Shown here: in pieces, positions 11,955 through 23,523 of the stretch | Numbering within the stretch: position 1 is the stretch's first letter | Layout of the letters: every line of letters begins with the position of its first letter | DNA from: Stylophora pistillata | Lineage: Eukaryota | NCBI RefSeq assembly: GCF_002571385.2 | Contig: NW_019217909.1 | Location: 68,183 to 132,182 of the forward strand | Length of the DNA stretch: 64,000 nucleotides | Direction: 5' to 3' | Notes under the pieces: generated by a model | Database searches by the model: none | What the model saw: only the letters and a program-made list of their open reading frames with translations | What the model was told of the DNA's origin: nothing | Position numbers and translations under genes: made by a program

Positions 11955-14619
11955 TAGGAAGGGAATGGTCAATAAAGTATAGAGGGTAATCAGATTTTTA
12001 CATAATTTACTTTGTTAAGCATTCGTCTTTCATGTACTTGAGGAATGAAGAAGCCTCAACTGTGCTATGTTCGGTTGTAAAGCACGCAGGAAGTGGCTGA
12101 AGATTTTGCTTTGTAGAAATTTACCGCGTTTTTTGCACTTTGCGCACTTTCACCTCCCTTCTACAAAGAGCGTAAAGACTNAATTTACCATTTCAACTTT
12201 GTTGATATATTCAAATTATGAGTCAAAACTCTACGTGGAATACACATAACGGCCTTATACCTATTTATCATAAAGTTCGGATATAAAACGCACTGTCACT
12301 GGTTGAAAGGGCGTGCTATATCAGAGTATAGAATATGGAGCTAAACTGAAGTTGTCACGCCATCTGCCAATTTGCACTTTTTATTGCTTTTTTTCGTTTA
12401 TTGATGATGAAATTTGGAAAGATGCTAGACGGCAAGCAGCAAATGAAGAACCAGGTTTGTTAACTTTCCAAGTGCCGTGAGTTGCTTTAAAATAACTTGT
12501 ACACATCCGAAATCCTTAAGGAGAAAACGAAATGGACAGTCCGGGTTTTGAAGGTTTTCACGCTCACTTTGATTGTAAATTTCCGTACCTAACACTCGCA
12601 TGGTATGTATAGCTTCGTGCTTAAAAACGAAACAGGTATGATGAAACTTAGAAATATATCTAAACTGGCATAGCTGTTAAAATTCATACACATCATGACG
12701 ATGTCAGAGGGACTGCGATCATGGTGAGGTTCTTTGCGGCTACCTCGTCATGGCGATTTCCGGTCATCGCAGTGAAGCAAGTTTCAGAAATTATATCGGC
12801 TGCCCCTCTAGTGAACCGAACTAAGCGTTTGTTCTAATATTCCGAGCAATCTCCTTCTCCCTGTGAGTTCGGCTGCCATTCATTCATGAAACAAACGCCT
12901 TAAGCAGTTTGTTTTCTAATTGTCATGTAAAAACTTGCGTGCATTTGTGAGCCCCAATTCCGCCGGATTTAACTGAACATTTCACTTTCAGATTCCGCAT
13001 TAACTGACTAATAGCTTGAGGAAAAAGTGTCAAATTACACTTGCCGAACTATTTCAGTTTGTGAGCTATTGATGGTTGTGAGCTATTTAACTTTGATGGT
13101 TTGACATTTTTCAAAGCTTTATTCTTGTTCAGCCAATCACATTAATTGAACCATTTTGCCGAGTATTCTAATTGGCTTACTGTAGCCTGCTTAATGAGAG
13201 TATAGAGCATGCTGACGACACTGTTGTTCGCTCTGAAAATAAAGTTTGTTTTTTTTTCAAGTAAATCTCGTGTCTTTCCCCACTCTTCTTTCATGCTTTA
13301 ACCGCTTTCTGTGTGCTTTGCTACAGAACAGAGCTATTTGTTAAAGCAATGTTTTCGCGTAATAAAACAAACAATCGCAGCCAACTCAACGAGCTTTCAG
13401 GGAGAGATTATTGCCTTTTACTACACTTCATACAAGTCAATTTTGGTTGTAGCAGATTCAACAAGCGTATATGTTTTTAGAGTCCACTGGCTCTTTGAAA
13501 CAATATCGTCGAATTTTTTGACAGTAAATCGGCCATCTTGCGAAGCCAAAATTTATCCCGACGCACAACTTATCTTGTTTCTATTTAATATACCATAGCG
13601 CTATTACAAGCAAAACTCGACTGTTAACCGTCTCAAGGTTAGGGCCAGGGTTAGGGTTATATGATACAAACGATGCTTGAAAGGAAAGTGTGGTAGGGGG
13701 GTCCAATCTGCGAAGGGGGGTCCATATCTGGATTTGGACCGGGGTCCAATCCACGGGGTCTAAATCCGCTGTGACACCGGGCCGGGTGTTCAGTCTATTT
13801 GAGACCATGCCCAGCGGTCTGCTGAATTACGTTTTTGTAGTTCATAAAGCTCGAAAAACTCGTCCACTAAAAACCAAAATAATTTTAGAATCACTTGGGA
13901 TATCTAAAACAACATCGAATTTTCTCAATAGGTTTATTTGAGGTTTTCTGTTTTGTTTCCTTCCATATTTATGGCGTCACAAGAGTCTCGAAGACAACAT
14001 TTTACGAAACCAACGTGACCTTTCAAGCTTAATGTTTATGTCTTTTAGTATGGTACGCTCAAGCTAGCTTGACCATTGAAAAACCAACGCAAATTCTTTG
14101 ATTCGCTTGGCGTTTCTAAAGAAACATCGAATTTACTGGATAGGTTTGTATGATGTTTTCAGTGACCTTTTGGTTGAAATTTGTTGAAAGCACAAGCTTG
14201 AAGATTATGTCCACTAAAAAGCATTAATTTTTCGAAATCGCTTCGCATTTCGACCCAAACATCTGATACTCCTAAGAAGTACGAAGGAATCTTTCAGCGG
14301 CATTTGAAAATTTCTTTTCAAAACCATGCCCGGAAGTCCGATCAGAAGTGTCGACAAGCGAGTGGTATTATAGAATGTACAAGCTCAAATATTTTTAGAA
14401 TCGCTTGACATTTCTAAAGAAACAGCTGATATTCTTAAGAATTTTGAAGGGACCTTCCGTTGGAGCTTCTGTAAAAATTTCTGACTGCCGGGCATTTAGT
14501 CTATTAGAGACCGTACCAGGCTGCCGGGCATTTAGTCACAGCGTAACTGCAATGTGTTTACAAATTCCTTTAAGCCTCGTTATACACTGTAATATGCATA
14601 AGACCGACTGACTCTTTAA

Positions 14620-16060
14620 TCAGCCAAGGAGAACTGCTAAAATGAACTATTGATTTAAGCTCTCTGGTCTTATGGTAGATAAGTTTAAATTTGAAAACCC
14701 CTTTGGAATACGAACAGATTTAAACAATGTTTTGTTTAGTGGTCTTTAGATGCTTACCGAAGCAAATCTGCACAAATAGACAGATTTCTCAGTCCGACTC
14801 GAATGTTTATACACCACATCTAACTGAATCATGAAGAAGAGATTGTGAAACCCATTTTCAAATTCACTTACTTGGCGGTTGTTTTCGATACCGATAAGTC
14901 GTCCATTTTCAAAGTTTCCGCTCGTAGTGGAAAGAGACTGATATCTCGTTCAGCAGGCTTGTACTCAAAGAGAGTTTGTCTTCAAGTTCAGAGTTGAAAT
15001 TAGTCGGCAATCCATGGCAAACAAAACGGCGATCAGAAGAATAGATCTTACGAAGTCTTTAAACTGACAGGCTGAATAAAATTTCTCTGTAAAAAATATT
15101 ACTCTACGTCGTTGCATTTTACTAAAGCAATCTTGTTATTCCGTGAAAAGCGGAAGCAGGCATGGGTCACTTCACGGGTCATCAATTTTTCTTAGTGTGC
15201 ACCAGGTTCCTTTCATAATCGAGAACATGCCATGTTCTGTGAGCTCAATCTCTTTGGTAGTTAGGGGTGTTTCAAAAGAGGGAAATGAATAAAAACTCGT
15301 GCACCCGGTGAAATTCCAAGTAAAGTTTTACAGTCCGAAGCTATTTAGGTTTTAGTTATCGCAATAATTGACTTGATTGTAACTGTCTAGCCTGATTATC
15401 AGATTCTTTTAATTCGAATATCACTGATTCCTTGAAGTAATCGGGCTGTGTGCTTCTTTAAGGGTCCTTTTCGATTTTTTTATCATCTTTCATAGACGAA
15501 AATTAAATGTTAGGTAAAGACAGAGTGAGATCATCTGCATATTGCACCAACTTAGTGAGTGTCCTGTCCGCTTGGAGTAGCGACTTCTAAAATTTCAGCT
15601 GCAATAATAAATAAACGTGGCGATGACGGATTTGCTTGTCTGACTCCTTTTTGTTTTCAAAATAAGACGCGAGATGCCATCAGTCAATTTATAAGTATTG
15701 CTTCTTCATTAAAGTTTTCTATCCATCTGACTAGTAGCGTTTGGCCCGAAGCGAAAGCATCTATGTATGTTAAGATTAAAATAGAATACCTGTCAGCGCT
15801 ATCAAATCATGAGTAAACATATACATGATACAGTTTGTTCTTCTTCTACTTAAACTGCCACGTCGCTTATGCCCTAATCATAACCTGTATGGTTAGAAGG
15901 TATTATCTTCGATAGAGCTTTGATCATTCTTGCCACGATTACCCTTTGGAAGCAAAATAGAAACTAGATTTTTCCTTGAATGTGGTTAAAAACCAAGTAA
16001 AACAAACGTTTTTGAACCAAAGCAATTAACCCGTAAGACCAATTTACTGAGAAATTTCAT
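14620..16060 (-). mobile_element. Heavily decayed L1/Tx1 ORF2 (RT and C-terminus)
   Basis: GVRQANPSSPRLFIIAAEI (QGxPLSP motif) at ~15590-15650, KLVQYADDLTL at ~15520-15555, ARMIKALSKIIPSNHTGY at ~15880-15935. Confidence 0.6.
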
Positions 16061-16146
16061 TTATTGAATGGAAGGGCGTGCCTCAGCAAAGTGTACACAA
16101 GTAATCATCAACTGAAGGTTTTCCAACTCCGCCTTATTTCCCTCTT

Positions 16147-17070
16147 TCACTGCATGGCTGGATGCACGACCTGGTTTCTTTTTCCAAATACAAACTTCCT
16201 TATTTCTTTTTGTCTCCAGCAGTAAATCAGTGGATTAACAAGTGAGTTTGACATGGAAAATGTTTGCATAAATACCTCGTTGATGGGGCAAATAGTAGAA
16301 AGGCCTGAGATTAAAACGACCAGACAGACACCAAGAGGGAGAAGGCAGACAACAACAACACCAACTACAAAAACAGTTGTCTTAAGCGCTTTGTTCTCTT
16401 TGTTAAATCTCTCCCATTATTCTTGGGATAGTTGTTGTGCTTTTATCTTCTTTAGATGACGACGGGTTTCACGATACAAAATCAAATATGCGAAGGCAAT
16501 GAACACGATACATGAAATAGTGACAAACCCACCTATTGAGAGAACTACTGAGTACATTTTCAACACGTATAAAAACTCGCACATGAAGGTAGTCAGCCAA
16601 ATCAACAAAACTGCTATCTTCATGTTTATATCAGTTGCAATGTTTGAGTAGTACATCGTAAATTTCATCTCTATGAGCCTTTAGAAAGTAATCAACATCA
16701 AATGAAGGGATGAAGCCATTAACAACGCTGCTATAGAAATGGAATGGACATTTTGAACCACTTCACTGCTTCTAAGATCAAATACTTAGAACACTCTCCA
16801 CACGATATGCGGTGGTTGGCCAATATTAACCAGTTAATGCGTACGTCACTGCTAAACAGGCAAGCAAGATGTTGCTCTTGGTTCGGAGTTTTGATCTTCT
16901 CTTCGCAGCCATTATTACCAACACGTTGAGTAGAACTGTAAAGGGACAAGAAATTATGTAATTGATGATACCAATGACATAACTAACCTGAAGAGGATTA
17001 TTCGTTGCGTCGCCTTCTCCACTGGTTACGTTTGAAGCGTTTGTTAAACTCACCTAAGATAACTTTGCCA
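16147..17070 (-). pseudogene. Intronless class A (rhodopsin-like) GPCR pseudogene
   Basis: TM1-2 LNVLVIMAAKRRSKLRTKSNILLACLAV, TM5-6 YLILYRETRRH...ENKALKTT, TM7 NSLVNPLIYCWR. Lost ATG, stops and frameshifts. Confidence 0.85.
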
Positions 17071-17869
17071 CGTCGAGCCAGAAGCCTTCTGCAAGTCAAC
17101 TACGTCTCTTAGATCGGCTCATTGGTTGTTCATTCATTAATTTGCCTTCGATGAACCGCTAAGGTAACGTGCAAATTTATAAATACGGAAATCTGATACT
17201 TTGAACGATAATGAACCTGTTTAACCAATTTCTAAGAATGACTTATCAGCCCACGTTTCCAAAACATCAATAATAGATAACAAAGCTGCCATGGAAACGT
17301 TTGATGTAGCTTAATCAAATAAATTTCCTTTAAGCCTTGCTCGTTAATCAAATCTAATCAACTTTTTATTGAAATTATATAGAATATTCAGATTGTATAG
17401 TTTGTTCTCGTTTTCGTTCGCCAACTAAGATTTGCAATAAAAGTAAAAAAAGGTCTATTGATTTATTGAAATATACTTTGCTTTGGGGCATGCGATCAAG
17501 CTAATTATTTGCACCGCGAGCTCTTCCTTGGCCAGTTAAATAATTTTTGAGGTTAAAGCTTAATATTTTAGTTTTGGCCACTAAGATTTTAAATAAAAAA
17601 ATTTCAATTTATCTGACGCCTGTCTCGTTGACATCTGTCGTTTTCGGGGCGGTTCTGTGCACACCTCTTACATGTAGCTCATCCACGAAATAATTTAACA
17701 ATTTGAATCAACTCTAGTAAGAAAATTTGGGACATTTTTGCCAACGAGGCAACGAATTTTGAAACAAAAAAAGGTATTTTACGCGTTTGCGGATCCTGTT
17801 ACGGTTGATAGTAATTACTCTTGTTCACGATCGATAATCACAAACTAATCAATCCCCAATAACAGAACT

Positions 17870-18520
17870 GATTACAAATTCAATGGCTTACCATCCGAAG
17901 CTGTGGATTTCTTAAAATCGAGGAAGTTGTTTCTAGAGCTTTTTAGTGTGTATTTGTCGAATACTGTAATACTGTAATTTGCAAGGAAACCCAGATTTCC
18001 GGTTAATTATTTTGTATAGCACATAGTTAAATCACGGGCTACTTTTGACCTATTTTTAATCGAGTTGGAAGTAGATCGGATAAATTCAAATAGATTGTGT
18101 AAATAAATGGTCAAGAATTGCTCAAATTGCAATCAACGTATGTTTTGATGTTGTTTTTCAAGATTTGGTACTTGTTATCAATCCTGGTTTTTTTTATTTT
18201 GTGACGCGACGCTCCCAGATGCGTCTGAAACTTGGAGCCTAAAATGCCACATTTTGGCGGAATTCCGTTGTTATCGATTTTCTCAAAAATAAATAAATCG
18301 ATATCAGCCAAACGAAGCATGCAGTGGTTTATTTCCCATTAAGACCTACTTCACTTTGAAATATGGGCGAAATTGATTTTTCAGCTGTTGCCACCAAATG
18401 TTTGACCATTGGTAACATTCGCTCTTAACATTTTTGCCAAGTTCGTAAAAATCCGTAACATATACTAATCCAGAACAACAATTTCAAGTAAAATGCTACC
18501 ATTCATAGCTGCGATAACAA
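17870..18520 (-). mobile_element. Second decayed L1/Tx1 ORF2 fragment (endonuclease/linker to RT start)
   Basis: Weak motifs only: FIRS...GQKS and KKSTASDG.PIEF (resembling KSPGxDGLPxEF). Confidence 0.35.
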
Positions 18521-18854
18521 GATGCAACCTGTTCCTATTTATGCGACAGTATGTCATTCACGAAAGATACTTCATAAATTCAGCCGCTATAATATGGTTG
18601 AACACATTAAGATTAAATGTAACCCCCTAATAGATCTGAGCCTTTATCCAAACCTTCATTAAAACTATTTGATGATTCAGCATTTATTATATTTTAGAAA
18701 ACCGGAAATAATTTCGACTTCGCGGCAATATCTAGACAGTAATCTTTGAAGCGATTGTAAACTTTGCTCGACGTTTTAGTCTCGTTTGCTGATATTCGTA
18801 TGATGACAACGATATCGATTGGAGTGTAAACCTTCTGATCTAAAAGTAGGGGTT

Positions 18855-19209
18855 TATGTGCACAAACATAAGATCTGCTTTCCCTGATGAGGCCAGAAAC
18901 TGGTGGAATTTATGAATGGCGAGCCGAAGGAACATTAGCCCGTCAACCCAATTATATCTTTTATGTTGGAAGCTCGTGGAGGCGTCAACCAGGAGCACTA
19001 AGGCAGAGAATTATCGAATACTGGACGGATGGATAGCATAAAGAAGATCTCTCATGAATGAAGCATTAGGAAATGTTTATGAGTTATGGGTTCGTGTTAA
19101 GACCTCCAATGGATGGGAGAGTGCTGAAGACATGGAGAAACTGTTAGAGGAGTACGACTATGCTTGGAACGTCAGAAACAACGGAGACATCCGACGTATT
19201 CTGCCATGA
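18855..19209 (+). pseudogene. ET-like GIY-YIG nuclease pseudogene
   Basis: GIYEWRA, YVG, ELWVRVKTS and YDYAWNVRNNGDIRRILP* are retained. Frameshifts are present, and the upstream region plus the first ~45 codons are deleted at a GGTTT microhomology (equivalent to ~22291-22770). Confidence 0.9.
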
Positions 19210-20476
19210 ACAAAGAATAGTTTGAGTTAAGCATGATTTATGATGATGATGCCTTTTCTGCTGACCATGATGCGTGATTTTATATGTTAGTGATGGATTG
19301 TTTTCTCTTGACTAAAAAATGTTCACTTTCCGTTAGGCATGGCTCAGGCTGGTTCCACATTAGATAAGTCAGCTTGTATATTTTCCATACTTTACTATAT
19401 TGGCGTGCTCTCTGTATTGGTTCCAAAACGTTGTCACATAATCGTACTATGTAAACGATGCTGTGCTGATAGAGGTTTATGCGGTGCTTTGTATTGCACC
19501 GGACATTTAATAGAAAATTGCAGAGCCTACGAAGGGTGTGTAAACATTGTAAATGTTGCATATAGAAAGCCTTCATAGAAAACTAGATCGCGTGTCAAAT
19601 TCACTGTGTTCTTACCGAGGCTACAACGGCCAGTTCACGAGTTTTATATGAATACCTCTGTTTAAAATATAGGAAATTACTTTTTTCTCAAATTTTTCTC
19701 TCAATCTTGCAAAAAAATTGGTTTGGAAATGAATTTGTGGCCGCAATTGTGACATTACGGCGCGTCGGCTAAAAACAGTTTGTTGATAATATTAATCTTT
19801 CACCAAAAGTAAATCAGAAAGTTAAGTCTTGAGTTATTTATTCACACTTGACTCAGTCGAAGGAACTTTCATTCATTTATTATCTGAATTCTCTCAATTT
19901 GTTTGTTGTAATTTTATAAATCGGCGAGCGAGGTTTTGAGTTCTACTGAGGTCCATTTACATAGTCTCGGGTATAACCGAGACAACCCTTTCCCCAAGAC
20001 AACTTTACGGAGCGTTTGTATGAGATTTGACATCTACTAACCCTCGTTCGGCCAGGCCAGGCTACCTATTCAACAAAGTGGCGGACAACAGGAAAAGAAT
20101 AGGTGTAAAACGCGAGGACTCTGGTTATAGCGGGCGCACTCATTTTCTGTTCGAGACGTCTCTCTCGGGTGAGAAAAAGTTTTCCCATATGCCACGGTTA
20201 CCCTACCTTCCGAGGTGAGACAAGGCGCCTCCCGGTTGTCTCGCCTACCTGAGACGAGTTCACAATCAGTGGAAAAGGTCGGCTTAAGTTTAGGCCCATA
20301 TAATTGGGCCTAAAAATACGCTTTCAGTAAGTCTTCCCCATTCCGTTCAATTTGGACATTTGTACGCTAATTGCTCAACAGAAACCGAAGAAATTCAACG
20401 AGAAAAGGCTGCTCTAAGTCCCATTGGGTCTAGTTAACGTGTTTCATTTGAGTCAAGTACTTTGGTGGAGGAAAGA

Positions 20477-20629
20477 CCAGGCCCCGGTTGTTCGAAGCGT
20501 GGATAACACTATCCACTAGATAGATCTCTATCTAGTGGATAGCGCAGTACGTTTTAGTAACACTCATCCGCTGGATAGCGATTTATCCGTTGGATAGCGT
20601 TATTCGCTCCTTGAACAACCGGACCCAGA
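20477..20629. mobile_element. Short palindromic MITE-like repeat
   Basis: CCGGTTGTTC...GAACAACCGG ends with internal TATCCAC/GTGGATA repeats. Confidence 0.6.
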
Positions 20630-21141
20630 TTTACACACGCCATAGCAGTAAACAAACAAGCAAACTATTACCATTTGAAAACATACATTTATATTAGTTT
20701 AAACTACTTTTCGTGCCATTTACTGACTGAGCAGAGGTAAATCTACGTTAATTGATCGTCGATGCAAGTCATTAACACTCTCCGTAAGATCATTGACTTT
20801 TTTTGAAGGAGAAATCGTTGTGAGAATCATTGCACTGTTGTAATAGGTTGAGTAAATTAGCATTAAATGTAACCCCCTAATGAGTCTGAGCCTTTATCCA
20901 AACCTTTATTAAAACTGTTTGATGATCCAGCATTTGTTACATTTGAGTAAAAGCATTCAGACTTCATCTACAAGTTGTATGGCATCTATTTAGTCAACAA
21001 ATGCTGCGGCTTTTTGGTATCATTGTGTTGTTGATTTATGTGTTGTTCCTGCCTCGACTAAGACGATTATACTAGAAAAAGAATATTTCTTAGAAAACCG
21101 GAAGTCATGTCGACTTCGCGGCAATATCTAGCCGGTAAATC

Positions 21142-22176
21142 CACAGGCGGCCCAGGCTCTGTCATAGGCTCTGTCACAGGCTCCTTCACAGTGGATTATT
21201 ATAGAGTTTGTATAGTGGTTTAGTTGGACTTGCTTTTGAGCTCCGTAAATATAAAGTTGTGTGAAATAGTCAAAGATATAAAGTCTTAAGATATAAAGAG
21301 TAGTCTGTGCTGTTCTTGTCACGATTTGAGGCCGTTTTGCTGTGTTTCAGCTCAACGTCACAACGCTACCAAATAAAAGGGAAGGTAGGAAAGCTCTGTC
21401 TCACTCACGCTCGCCAAAATCGCTCGAAAAACACACTTAAATACTTCCCCTTGAATCGAAACTTAGTAGCACGAAAGCCAAATAGGCTCCCTTCAAGTTC
21501 ACCAAAACAAACTGGGTCGTCGAGGAACCAGCCCAGCGAAAATCTCAAATTGACCGCCATTTCAACGCCATTAGAATGCACGTCCGTCAAATCCTGTGCA
21601 GTCAAAAGTTCGTTACGACGCGGTCGGCCTGAACACTAGCAAAATTAGGCCCAACGGGTAGCCCCACGATATAAATGATTAGTCAGTTTTGCCAGTGTCC
21701 AGGCCGACCGCTTCGTAACAAACTTTTGACTGCACAGGATTTGACGGACGCGCATTCTAATGGCGTTGAAACGGCGGTCAATTTGAGATTTTCGCTGGGC
21801 TGGTTGCTCGACAACCCAACTTTTATGGGATTTGTTTTGGTGAACTCGAAGGGAAACTATTTGGCTTTCGTGCTACCAAGCTTCGATTCAAGGGGAATTA
21901 TTTAAGTTTGTTTTTCGAGCGTGTGTGAGACAGAGCTTTCCTACCTTCCCTTTTATTTGGTAGTGCTAAGACTTTAAGCTGAAACACAGCAAAACGGCCT
22001 CAAATCGCGACAAGAATAGCACAGACTGCTCGTTATGAAGGTAAGACTTTATTTCTTTGATTATTTCACACAACTTTATATTTACGGAGCTCAAAAGCAA
22101 GTCCAACTAAACCACTATACAAACTCTACAATAATCTACTATGAAAGAGCCTGTGACAGAGCCTGAGCCGCCTGTG
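21142..22176. mobile_element. 1035-bp foldback non-autonomous element, P-element-like
   Basis: ~500-bp inverted arms CACAGGCGG...CCGCCTGTG around a ~40-bp spacer. Flanked by GTAAATC/GTAAACC (7-bp target duplication, 1 mismatch). Empty site in the paralogue at ~18738. Confidence 0.8.
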
Positions 22177-22420
22177 GTAAACCTTGAAGCGATCATAAAC
22201 TTTGCTCGATGTCTTAGTCTCGTTTGCTGATATTCGTATGATGAAAACGATATCGATTGGGATATAAACGTGATCTTAAAGTAGGGGTTTCTCGCCAGCT
22301 ATTTATGGGAATGCTAAACAAGAGATCGTCTCATATTAATTCCTTTCTTCAGAGATTAAGAGGAAAGCAAACTTTAAGGTAGACTCGATATTTTTCTGGT
22401 TATCTTTTTCCTGTTTCTTA

Positions 22421-22587
22421 GAAAAGCGGAAGTGTTCACGGGACTAATTTCGATTGGCTTGTTTTTATAGCCTCAACACAAATTGATGTCACATGATAGA
22501 AATAATGACTTGTAACTGGGTACCAAGATTATGTGTAACACAAGGTAAAAACCCGGACACAACGGTTGGAAACTTGAAACTGAAATT
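22421..22587 (+). promoter_or_regulatory. IRF/ISRE-like and IRF-Ets-like motifs upstream of the GIY-YIG gene
   Basis: GAAACTTGAAACTGAAATT at 22569-22587 (contains GAAANNGAAA), 50 bp before the ATG, and GAAAAGCGGAAGT at 22421-22433. Confidence 0.45.
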
Positions 22588-22635
22588 CAGAGCGCGCCAC
22601 AAATTGTTCATAATCTTCAAAATCCGTTAAGTTAA

Positions 22636-23142
22636 ATGGCTAAAGTTCGGCGTAAGAGAGAAACGAGCCGTCTTAAGGGATTGGAAGCAAAAGGTTGGAA
22701 ACATTGGGTAAAAGCCATAGTCCCTCGAAAAGCCAGGCGCACTGAACCACGTGGAGACAGCCAAGTTGGTTTTATGTGCACAAACATAAGATCTGCTATT
22801 CCTGCCAGACAATGTGGAATTTATGAGTGGCGAGCTAAAGGAAAGTCAGCCCGTCAACCCAATTATATTGTTTATGTTGGGAGCACATGCCGGGGTAAAC
22901 CAGGAGCACTAAGGCGAAGAATTATAGAATATTGCACGGATGGATCGCATAAAAAAGATCTCATGAATGAAGCTTTACGTAAAGGTTACGAGTTATGGGT
23001 TCGTGTTAAGACATCGCGAGGAACGGATAATGCTCAAGAGTTGGAGAACGAACTGTTAAAGAAGTACGACTACGCCTGGAACGTCAGAAACAACGGAAAA
23101 ATCCGACATATACTGCCATCAGCGAAGAAAAGTTCGAGTTAA
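22636..23142 (+). CDS. Stand-alone GIY-YIG nuclease, similar to the plant EFFECTOR OF TRANSCRIPTION/HRT nuclease domain (168 aa)
   Basis: Intact ATG-to-TAA ORF with GIYEW, YVGS, LRRRI, GSH, ELENELL and YDYAWN.RNNG. Very basic. Confidence 0.85.
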   Translation: MAKVRRKRETSRLKGLEAKGWKHWVKAIVPRKARRTEPRGDSQVGFMCTNIRSAIPARQCGIYEWRAKGKSARQPNYIVYVGSTCRGKPGALRRRIIEYCTDGSHKKDLMNEALRKGYELWVRVKTSRGTDNAQELENELLKKYDYAWNVRNNGKIRHILPSAKKSSS

Positions 23143-23523
23143 GTACAGTTTATGATGACGATACCTTTCTGCTCAGCGTGATGCGTGATGTTATATGTTA
23201 GCGATACATTTCTGTCGGGCAAAGCTCAGGCTGGTTCCACATCAGATAATTCAGCTTGTGTATTGGTATGTGAGTACAACGAGAAAGATGTTTACCATAT
23301 TTCACGATACTTTACTTTATTAGTATGCTCTCTGTATCGATTCCAAAACCATTGTCTCAGAATCGTGAAATGTAAACGATGCTATTTTAATAAAGGTTTA
23401 CGTAGTGCTTTATATTGTACCGGGAATTTAATAGATTATTGCAGAACCTACGATGGCTGTGCAAACATTGTAAAAGTCACATATAGAAAGCCTTCATAGA
23501 AAACTAGATCGCATTTCAAATTC

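Larger units (their letters stand above)
18613..20862 (+). repeat. Tandem segmental duplication unit 1 (paralogous to 20863-23523 plus 28070-28285)
   Basis: Shared start TTAAATGTAACCCCCTAAT at 18613 and 20863. Collinear homology to AAACTAGATCGC...AAATTC (19602/23523). Further matches 19783-19832 to 28070-28119 and 20701-20836 to 28147-28285. Confidence 0.85.

Noticed and set aside
14620-18520. GPCR pseudogene apparently captured inside a single L1 element
   Set aside because: Both flanking L1 fragments appear to contain the same PGxDG-like RT-start motif (~16040 and ~17890), so they are more likely two independent insertions.
18880-18910. CTGATGA-GGCCA-GAAAC hammerhead-like core inside the GIY-YIG pseudogene
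   Set aside because: Stem II cannot form, the triplet would be GUG, and the sequence aligns to coding sequence of the paralogue. Chance match.
23185-23499. Cys-rich ORF downstream of the GIY-YIG gene, with a counterpart at 19339-19578 ending in the same YRKPS*
   Set aside because: Only about a quarter of the substitutions between the copies are synonymous by hand count, as expected for neutral DNA. The 5' halves differ in frame, the copy-2 ORF has only a poorly supported start, and it does not match ET Cys/His repeats. Most likely shared 3' UTR.
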